IMG/VR virus record: IMGVR_UViG_3300025128_000017
Span: 32,158-96,157 of that record
From: a virus
Strand: one strand, 5' to 3'
DNA: 64,000 nt
In this document: in pieces, positions 56,409 to 64,000 of the stretch
How the letters are laid out: every line of letters starts with the position of its first letter
Position numbering within the stretch: position 1 is the first letter of the stretch
Translations under genes and position numbers: made by a program
Notes under the pieces: generated by a model
What the model was told of the DNA's origin: nothing
The model's database searches: none
What the model saw: only the letters and a program-made list of their open reading frames with translations

Positions 56409-58394
56409 ATGCCATCAACAGTCTATAAAGGTGATTTATCAGAAATTTCTTTCGGTCACGAAAGTGGTATGAAATTAACTCATGACTATTCTTCAAGTTT
56501 TATATTTACTGCGAAAGCAAGTGGAACTTGGGCTTCAGATGAAACGAGTATAATAGAATTTAGTGGAGGTGCTGCTAACACACCTTGTAATGGTGGTATT
56601 TTAGAATATCCTATAGGTATGTTAGTAGGTGCAAAACTTTGTTTTCACGGTATGACTCAAACTAGTGGAAATAGATTTTATGCAGATGATAATGCATCGA
56701 ATGGTTCTATCTTCACAATAGTAAAACACGCTGTTGTTGGCAGTAAAACACAACTGACTATTCATCCTAGATTAACAACTAAACATGATAATGATTGTCC
56801 ATCTGCTTCTACTGCTGAAATTATAGAAATTTTACCTTATACTGCACCAAGTATGGATGTAGCAATGACATATGCTGCAAATGCAAATGCTTCTGCCGAA
56901 AGAGTGTTAACTGACCAGTTTGTTGGAATAATGAATGTAATAGCATTACCTGAAACTAAAGTTGATTTGAAAAGATATCATGTAGTTGGTCTTGGAAGAG
57001 ATGTTGCTGTACAAGTTCCGGGTAGATTCACCAATGTAGGGGGGTCTTTTGAACACAATTTACATAATTCTCGATGGTTGTACTACGCATTAGGTAACGA
57101 AGTAGTAAATATTACTGGTCATGCTGGTGGTGCTGCTTTTGCCTTAAACGGTGCTGTTGAAGCGGGTGCTAGTAGAATAATATATAGTAGCGATGATAGT
57201 AATGCACCTACTATTAGTGGTAATATAGTTGCAGGAGATTACGTAGTTATTGTAGCAACTTCTGATGATGATATTGACATTAATAGTTATAGAGAAGAAA
57301 CTACAAATGGTATATTCCCAACTGTAGGTGCATCTAATATAATCACAAAGGCTCGACCTGAAGAAGTGAGAAGAATTGTAGCGATTCATGATACAGGTGG
57401 TGCAGGTACTATTTGGCTAGATGGCCCATTAAATTTTTCACATCCTACAGGTCGTACTCTTCAATTTATAAAATATCTTGCTGACAATTCTACTAGTTCT
57501 CCTCATAGAGAATCTAATGGTAATCTACAAAATCCAGTTTCAAAATTAATATTTTCTAAATCTCATCTCCCTTCTTTTTCATTAGAAACTAGCATAAGAA
57601 GAAGAGATATAGATAGTTCAGCAGTAATTGAAGCAACTGATGGTGGTGCAACAGATTCTAAACAACTTACTCGTGTATTTCGTGGTTGTAAAGTAAAAGA
57701 TTTTGTTCTTACTGCTGATAACGATGCTGCTCTTAGGATGACAGTTAACTTTGATGCTGCTCTTTGTTATACTGATACTGGTAGATTAGAAGGTAGTAAT
57801 GCAGGAGATAGATACGATATTCATCGTTTATTTGAAGAAACTGCTGAAACTGATATTAAAAGAAAGAAATCCGGTATTGAAAAAGGTACTCAAAAACCAT
57901 TCATGTTTTACAACGGTACAATAAAAGTAGCCGGACAAACATTAGGTCAAGTCATATCTTTTACCTTAAATGCAAAAACTGGAGTAGAACAGCATTATGT
58001 AATTAATGGTTCAAATATAGCAGATTCTGCAACAGACCAAGTTCCGTTTGCTGGTTCAAGAAATCCTTCACTTTCAATTGAAGGTAAAACTGAATACGAA
58101 CTTGATATGGAAATTGTTGTAGACGACCCTGTATTCTATCATAATATGAGGAGAGCAGTACATAACTTTGATGAAACTACTACAGACACTACTGATGCAG
58201 ATATGATACAATTATCTTTCCTTAAACAAGGTACTGGTGCTACAAGAGAAAGTATAGACATAGTTACTGACGATTACTATATTGTAGAAGCACCACTTCC
58301 AATACCTGAAGATAAAGGTGCTATCAGAGCCACATTAAAAATCATGCCTAAAAACATTAGAGTTTTAGCAACTGACACGGTACTACATTCTTAG
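56409..58394 (+). CDS. Major tail tube protein with inserted domains
   Basis: GGSFE...LYYALG, LPSFSLE, RVF.GCKV..F.L tube-like motifs; precedes chaperones. Confidence 0.7.
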   Translation: MPSTVYKGDLSEISFGHESGMKLTHDYSSSFIFTAKASGTWASDETSIIEFSGGAANTPCNGGILEYPIGMLVGAKLCFHGMTQTSGNRFYADDNASNGSIFTIVKHAVVGSKTQLTIHPRLTTKHDNDCPSASTAEIIEILPYTAPSMDVAMTYAANANASAERVLTDQFVGIMNVIALPETKVDLKRYHVVGLGRDVAVQVPGRFTNVGGSFEHNLHNSRWLYYALGNEVVNITGHAGGAAFALNGAVEAGASRIIYSSDDSNAPTISGNIVAGDYVVIVATSDDDIDINSYREETTNGIFPTVGASNIITKARPEEVRRIVAIHDTGGAGTIWLDGPLNFSHPTGRTLQFIKYLADNSTSSPHRESNGNLQNPVSKLIFSKSHLPSFSLETSIRRRDIDSSAVIEATDGGATDSKQLTRVFRGCKVKDFVLTADNDAALRMTVNFDAALCYTDTGRLEGSNAGDRYDIHRLFEETAETDIKRKKSGIEKGTQKPFMFYNGTIKVAGQTLGQVISFTLNAKTGVEQHYVINGSNIADSATDQVPFAGSRNPSLSIEGKTEYELDMEIVVDDPVFYHNMRRAVHNFDETTTDTTDADMIQLSFLKQGTGATRESIDIVTDDYYIVEAPLPIPEDKGAIRATLKIMPKNIRVLATDTVLHS

Positions 58395-58402
58395 GTGATA
58401 AT

Positions 58403-58939
58403 ATGTTAACGGCTATACAAAAAGTAAGATATTATCGAAAACACGGCAAACGTGCTTACATAAATTGGATTCATAAAAATGACTATTCAACTGTCGATTT
58501 GACTAAAAATAAATTTAATTTCTTAATGTCACAACCTAGTAGAAAATCAATTGATAGAGAATTATTTCTTATGTTGACTGCACCTGCTTGGGTCACAGCG
58601 GCAGAAGATGTTCTTTCAGAAGAAGTAGAAGAAGTAGAAGAAGTCATAGATTCACCTTTTTCTGTAGATATCGATTATAATTCTATGACAATACGTGAAC
58701 TGCAAGATATATGCAGAGAACGTGGACTAACAATTCGAGGTACAAAAGCCCAAGTCGTTCTTAGACTAAAGAGAGATGATGAAGGTATTACCGAAGAAAC
58801 ACAACCACATGATGAAACCGAAGCCCCCTCGGAAGAGGCTGTTGAGGAATCATCGGATGCCCCCGCTGAAGCGGCTGTAAACGAGGAAGTGAACAATAAT
58901 GATAGTGGACAAGAACCAAATATTGACGAAGAAGAATAA
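58403..58939 (+). CDS. SAP-domain protein
   Basis: YNSMTIRELQDICRERGLTIRGTKAQVVLRL. Confidence 0.8.
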   Translation: MLTAIQKVRYYRKHGKRAYINWIHKNDYSTVDLTKNKFNFLMSQPSRKSIDRELFLMLTAPAWVTAAEDVLSEEVEEVEEVIDSPFSVDIDYNSMTIRELQDICRERGLTIRGTKAQVVLRLKRDDEGITEETQPHDETEAPSEEAVEESSDAPAEAAVNEEVNNNDSGQEPNIDEEE

Positions 58940-59261
58940 TGAAAAACACGAAATAAAAGTAGACCCTAATAACCCAGATGCCATAATGGAGATTTGGATA
59001 AGAGAAATTACTTTTTTAGATGTACAGCGAGCAGCACAAGAAATGTTCGATATGACGGGTGGTGAAGTCACTTTAAACTTAGAATCATATTGGAGATATG
59101 CTTTTGCAAACTGGATAGTAGAAACCAATCCTTCTCTCACTCCTCAAGAAATGACGCAACTAACGACTTATGTTGGTGAGCAAATAGCATCAGTTTTACC
59201 TAGACCTGAAGAATTAGCCGAGGCAATGCAAGGGGGGTTTACCAAAGCGAACAACGAATGA
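58899..59261 (+). CDS. Tail assembly chaperone (G-like)
   Basis: Size and position between tube and tape measure. Confidence 0.6.
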   Translation: MIVDKNQILTKKNNEKHEIKVDPNNPDAIMEIWIREITFLDVQRAAQEMFDMTGGEVTLNLESYWRYAFANWIVETNPSLTPQEMTQLTTYVGEQIASVLPRPEELAEAMQGGFTKANNE

Positions 59262-59533
59262 TTCAGAAGTTTCTAAAGAAAAAAGTTATAGAAACATCTG
59301 ATGATTTACGTTTACAAACTGAGTTGTTCGCATATAGAGTAGCCAAACATTATAACATATCATTAATGGAAGTGAATCAAATGGATATTAAAACATTCCA
59401 ACAATCTTTATCTTGGGCTTTGGCGGTTGACGATGAACAAGAAAAAGAAAGTGAAAGAGCAAGAGTATCTTCACAAAATGACAATGAAACTATTAGCCTC
59501 GACTACGGCTTCTTGAACGAGGAGGAGTTCTAA
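59258..59533 (+). CDS. Tail assembly chaperone (T-like, -1 frame)
   Basis: VA.HY.IS..EV..M pattern; -1 frame relative to upstream ORF. Confidence 0.55.
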   Translation: MIQKFLKKKVIETSDDLRLQTELFAYRVAKHYNISLMEVNQMDIKTFQQSLSWALAVDDEQEKESERARVSSQNDNETISLDYGFLNEEEF

Positions 59534-60237
59534 TGTCTTCGTTAGTTTCTATGATGAGTGCGTTAGGCGGCGTTGCACGAATGTCTGCAACGGTAATGAA
59601 AACTGTATCACAAATAGGTAGTGGTGTACAGAATATTGGTCAGTTTTTTGCAGATGCATTTAACAAAGCGGGTAAAGCAATACATGACGTGTATAAAAAA
59701 CTCGCAGGATGGTATGATGAATACATCAAACCTAAATTTGATTGGTTATCAGACAAAGCAAGTTCGATAATAAATCTATTTCTTAAAATGGGCGATAAGA
59801 TTTCTACTGTATGGAACGATATAATTAACAAAATAAGCGACATTTACAATAATAGAATAAGACCTTTATTTGATTTTAATTTATTTAGTACTTTAGAAGG
59901 TTATTTTGAAAATTTTAAAGCATTGTTTGATTTTGATTTGTTTGCCACTATGAGAGGTTATTTTGATAATTTTAAAAATGATGTTGAGTCCGGTATAGAA
60001 AAATTAGAAAGTAGAATAAAAGATTCTATAATCTATAAAGTGGGTTCAGGTGTAGCAAATTTTGCTGGTGACGCTCGTGATGCTGCTAGTGATGTTGCTA
60101 GTGATGCCGTTGGTGCTACAAAGCAACAACTAGGTATAAACGTAAATGTTACTGGTTTGGCTGGTGACTTAGCAGATGCTATTAGTAAAACTATTGAAAA
60201 AGAAGTGGAAAGAAAAGTTAGTTTTAGAGGAAGATGA
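59533..60237 (+). CDS. Short tape-measure-like protein
   Basis: Amphipathic W/F-spaced helices, 18-aa repeats, INVNV C-terminus; position. Confidence 0.6.
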   Translation: MSSLVSMMSALGGVARMSATVMKTVSQIGSGVQNIGQFFADAFNKAGKAIHDVYKKLAGWYDEYIKPKFDWLSDKASSIINLFLKMGDKISTVWNDIINKISDIYNNRIRPLFDFNLFSTLEGYFENFKALFDFDLFATMRGYFDNFKNDVESGIEKLESRIKDSIIYKVGSGVANFAGDARDAASDVASDAVGATKQQLGINVNVTGLAGDLADAISKTIEKEVERKVSFRGR

Positions 60238-60242
60238 TATAA

Positions 60243-61490
60243 ATGGTTGCAGCAGGTACTCCTATTCGTTTAATTCATGAAAATGGAGATTTTACTGAAT
60301 TGGATGCTACCAGCATAACTCTTGAAACCATCAGAAAAGCAGGAAGTAGTTCCATACCTTTTGGTGGTGGAGGTAGATATAATCTTGATTTGAATTTGCA
60401 AAATGCTGAGATTATGATAGATGGAATTTTTGTAGATGATAATATTGAAACAGCAGGTATAGGTGCTAGTGCAAAAATAAATTGTATGATTAATAATAGT
60501 GTTAGTAACTTTGCATTTACTGTGTCTAGTGTATGGGTGAAAACTAACGATTTAAACAACTTACTAGGTAGTGTAGTTAGTAGTTTTGATAGTGATGAAA
60601 TAATAGCATCGAACAGGTGTCTCATCACGTTAAAAGATGCTTCCGGTAATCCAAAATATATACCTCTTGTTAGAGTGGCTGACAATGCTAGTGGCACTTT
60701 TGCAACAGTTGCAACTACTGACGATGATACTAATATAACAGATTTAGGTACTAAAAAATTTATTAAGATAATTACTAATGTGAGTGGTAATAATGCCGTA
60801 AGAGGAGCATCTTTAGCAATTGCAATACAGGCTTTCATTAATGCTGAATATTCTTCTTCTTTTACCACTGAATTACTCGATGAGACACGGTTTGGTGAAA
60901 CTAGACAAAATGTTATAGTTAAAATTACTCAAGTGCTAGGTGGTCAAATTGGTAATAACAACACACCTATTTTCACTCCAAGAACAGGTACTACCACATC
61001 TACAAAAAAACCTCAAATGACTATATTTAGAGGTGGTGTTAATAGCATTAAAAAATCAGCAGGTGATAAAGTACAAGACTTGTACGGTATCATAAACAAC
61101 TCAAGAAGAACTGGTGGTTTGAGAGGAAATAAAGATTTTAGTATTAGAAATTTCAGAATGTATAAAATGAATGGAGAAAATGATGGTTTCGTAAGACCGA
61201 CAGATAATAGTGGAGATTACATAGTAGGTATACAGATACCATTTAATTCAATGGTAAATGTAGGCAATGAAACTTATGTTGCAAGAAATTTTCATATGCC
61301 TACTGGTCGCAATAAATCACCGGAAAATAAAGGTGCTACAGCGGCTATGGCCGTTGGTACAGAATTTTCAGAAACAGATAAATCAACAGGTATACAAGGT
61401 TTTGTCAAAAAACTTTCAATAGATTATGATGCTGGTGAAACTGTATATAGATTTAAAATGGTATTTTTACCAGTCGATTGGATGTTTTAA
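60243..61490 (+). CDS. Putative distal tail/baseplate hub protein
   Basis: Follows TMP; C-terminal G.VKKLSI.YDAGE.VY.F.M.F. Confidence 0.55.
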   Translation: MVAAGTPIRLIHENGDFTELDATSITLETIRKAGSSSIPFGGGGRYNLDLNLQNAEIMIDGIFVDDNIETAGIGASAKINCMINNSVSNFAFTVSSVWVKTNDLNNLLGSVVSSFDSDEIIASNRCLITLKDASGNPKYIPLVRVADNASGTFATVATTDDDTNITDLGTKKFIKIITNVSGNNAVRGASLAIAIQAFINAEYSSSFTTELLDETRFGETRQNVIVKITQVLGGQIGNNNTPIFTPRTGTTTSTKKPQMTIFRGGVNSIKKSAGDKVQDLYGIINNSRRTGGLRGNKDFSIRNFRMYKMNGENDGFVRPTDNSGDYIVGIQIPFNSMVNVGNETYVARNFHMPTGRNKSPENKGATAAMAVGTEFSETDKSTGIQGFVKKLSIDYDAGETVYRFKMVFLPVDWMF

Positions 61491-61491
61491 G

Positions 61492-64000
61492 ATGCCTGTT
61501 ATTTCTACTACTAATCATGCTTTCTTTTTTGATGGTGTGACTGATAGTATAATAATACCACAAGGCAATTCTAGTACAGATAATACTAGCAGAGGTTTAT
61601 TTAATTCTAATCCTAATTCCGGTTCAGATAACATATTAAGTTTAACAGATGAAATTACTATAGAGGCTTGGGTTGTACCTGATTGCGGTGGAGTAATAGT
61701 AGAAAAAGAAAATTGTTTTAGTTTATCTTTAGGAAATGTAGACACACCCGGCCCTGCTATTTTCAATCTAAATTTACTTGATACTGAAAAAAATGAAATA
61801 GAAACAATTCAATTAACTACTGCTTATTTGACTAGTAATGGGTATGACGGTACTATATTTCCACCTTCTACATTTACAGGTATACACGATTCATATAATA
61901 GATTTAACAGCAGTTATGATGATGCCACAACATTGAATATTAATCATAGACCATTAATACATGTTATTGCTACTTTCAACTCAAAGAAAGTTCAACTTTA
62001 CATAAATGGTATATTGATGGCAGAACAAACCTTGTATAATGATAATTATATTTTGTTGAAAAACAACAATCCTATATTTGTTGGTGGGAAAGGAGGAAAG
62101 TTTAGAGGGATAATGGAAGCAATACATCTTTGTGCTTCTTTCACAAACGATATGGTGCAAGGTGAAGTCCCTACCGTTAAAGATGATACATTATTACTTT
62201 ATAGATTTGAAGAACCAATTGCACCCATAGAATCTGTATATCCACTTAATTCTAGTACATCAGCAGATTCTACAACTATACGTCTTTCTCCTGCAAATGC
62301 AGCATCATTGGCTACCGAACTTACAGGTTCATCACAAACATCGGGTACTATAGATTTCACAATATCTCCTTATAGTAGCGGTAATTATACAATTACACAA
62401 AGCACGAAAACTGCTACTACTTCTCATTCAGTACCACATGTTCCTTACAATTTGTTACTAAATCCTAACGGTATAAATTTAGATACTTTGAAACCTAGTC
62501 AAAAACCTCCTGAAAGAGTTAGATTAGAAAGTATAAATATTGATACCGGGGTATTAACAATATCTAGTATCCATCTTGATTTTGCTACTAACTCGAATGG
62601 AAAAAGAGGTCTTTTACATACATATAATGAATTGGATAAACCTAAATTTATTGTTTTAGGTGCTGATTTATTAATTGATAGTGGTACTAGTCGACCTTAT
62701 CAACCCCCTCACTTTTCTTCACAAGCCATAGATAGAACTGGGCAGATGGTGATAGACGAAAGTAATTTAGAAAATCATGGATTTGTATTTTCGTCTAACA
62801 TGGCAACTACTGTAAATGATACAGACAATCCTTTTGCTGCATTGTGGCCTACTACTTTAGATGAAGGATATCAAATAGGACATAGCGGTAGGCATACAAA
62901 AAATCATGTTAAGGGTCATACTTTTTTACGAATGTTACCAAGAGCAGAAAGAGAAATAATCGATTTAAAGGGTGGAGGTCAAGTTGATTTAGTAGATGTG
63001 GTTTATGATAATACAAGAGAAGGTATTAAAGACCAAATTCCAGTAAATAGTGAAGTTGATGTCTACAGAGATGCAGGTACTTATGGTATAAAAAACATCA
63101 TCAATTCTTCTACAGTTACTGCTGTTTACAATGATTTCCAAGATGTTACTGTATCGGATGGTAAAGAAAAATTAATTGCTTTAGGTGGTACAACATTTGA
63201 TTACAGACCTTTTATGTTAAAGGGTCAAGTACCTACATATGGTACTACACCTGATGCTAATACAAGAAAGCATCATCTTCGCCCTAGTAAAGAAAGTAGA
63301 GTTGCTTTATTACATATACCTATATTGAGAAGTACGTATAATCATGCACCTTTTATTGAAGTCCATTATAATGCTATAGATTTAACAGGAGCATCGATGA
63401 ATAGTTACGATGGAAGTACAAGAGTAAATACTGCTCAACCTTTACTAATGGTGGAAAAGACTGTACCTGCTTCTAATACTGCTTTTATCAATGGTGATAG
63501 TACAGCATATCTATATGACATTATTGTTAGTCAAATAAGTTCTTTAGGTAGTTTAACACTTTATTCGCCCGGCGGTTATGTTGAGTTTGACAGTTTAGAA
63601 AGTGAAAATGTCTTTGCCGTTAACGAGTTAGTTGGAGATAATAGTGAAGGATATGATGCTGATGATGATTTAGATGAAAGTTATACACCTGCAAACTTTA
63701 CTCCTTATGCACAAGGTTTGGTAGGTAATTCGCCACCTAAAATTGTTTTAGAATCATCTAGTCAAAATGAATCTCATCCTTCTATTTTCAATAAAGTTTA
63801 TTTTCCTAAAATTGAAACTAGCAAAAATTTGACAACATCTAGTAACATAACTAGAATAGAGCCTGAAGTAAACGTTGGAAGTCCTTCAGACGGTCAATTT
63901 GATACAGGGGTATCAGGAGTATCTTCATCTATACATGAGTTCTTTGATGTTATTGATAATATTATAGATGTAGAGAATCCATCTTTAGCAGACATGGCGT
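61492..64000 (+). CDS. LamG-domain tail tip/adhesin, 3' truncated by the window edge
   Basis: Read by eye: MPVISTTNHAFFFDG...TIEAWV...HVIATF...QLYING...FRG.ME...LLYRFEE; absent from the ORF track, presumably because it has no stop in the window. Confidence 0.75.
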   Translation, partial: MPVISTTNHAFFFDGVTDSIIIPQGNSSTDNTSRGLFNSNPNSGSDNILSLTDEITIEAWVVPDCGGVIVEKENCFSLSLGNVDTPGPAIFNLNLLDTEKNEIETIQLTTAYLTSNGYDGTIFPPSTFTGIHDSYNRFNSSYDDATTLNINHRPLIHVIATFNSKKVQLYINGILMAEQTLYNDNYILLKNNNPIFVGGKGGKFRGIMEAIHLCASFTNDMVQGEVPTVKDDTLLLYRFEEPIAPIESVYPLNSSTSADSTTIRLSPANAASLATELTGSSQTSGTIDFTISPYSSGNYTITQSTKTATTSHSVPHVPYNLLLNPNGINLDTLKPSQKPPERVRLESINIDTGVLTISSIHLDFATNSNGKRGLLHTYNELDKPKFIVLGADLLIDSGTSRPYQPPHFSSQAIDRTGQMVIDESNLENHGFVFSSNMATTVNDTDNPFAALWPTTLDEGYQIGHSGRHTKNHVKGHTFLRMLPRAEREIIDLKGGGQVDLVDVVYDNTREGIKDQIPVNSEVDVYRDAGTYGIKNIINSSTVTAVYNDFQDVTVSDGKEKLIALGGTTFDYRPFMLKGQVPTYGTTPDANTRKHHLRPSKESRVALLHIPILRSTYNHAPFIEVHYNAIDLTGASMNSYDGSTRVNTAQPLLMVEKTVPASNTAFINGDSTAYLYDIIVSQISSLGSLTLYSPGGYVEFDSLESENVFAVNELVGDNSEGYDADDDLDESYTPANFTPYAQGLVGNSPPKIVLESSSQNESHPSIFNKVYFPKIETSKNLTTSSNITRIEPEVNVGSPSDGQFDTGVSGVSSSIHEFFDVIDNIIDVENPSLADMA

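Overview
A 64-kb segment of a tailed archaeal dsDNA virus (HK97-type head, siphovirus-like tail). It is most likely a magrovirus-type virus of Marine Group II/Poseidoniales. That assignment is inferred from GGTGA/GAGG ribosome-binding sites, TATA-box promoters and halovirus-like capsid/portal/protease sequences; no search was run. There are two divergent arms. (1) Positions 1-21.0 kb are minus-strand early/accessory genes driven by a repeated CAGTATATAAAAGAAC promoter: a PC4-like ssDNA binder, pyrimidine-dimer glycosylase, MT-A70 methyltransferase, a PEP-utiliser-type phosphotransferase next to a PTP-family phosphatase, a SMARCAL1-like SNF2 ATPase and ArdC. (2) Positions 21.6-64 kb are plus-strand late genes: about 12 unrelated proteins sharing a short A[WFY]xxLK tag, a membrane-protein plus small-GTPase module, terminase, LAGLIDADG, portal, a 2143-aa protein with an inactivated DNA-ligase domain, protease/scaffold, major capsid, neck, tail tube, chaperones, a very short tape measure and a LamG adhesin running off the end. 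A repeat-rich non-coding island separates the arms. The best candidates for undescribed systems are the tag-based virion cargo loading/processing system, the dikinase-phosphatase operon and the GTPase-membrane module. No tRNA, rRNA, CRISPR array or core replication genes were seen.
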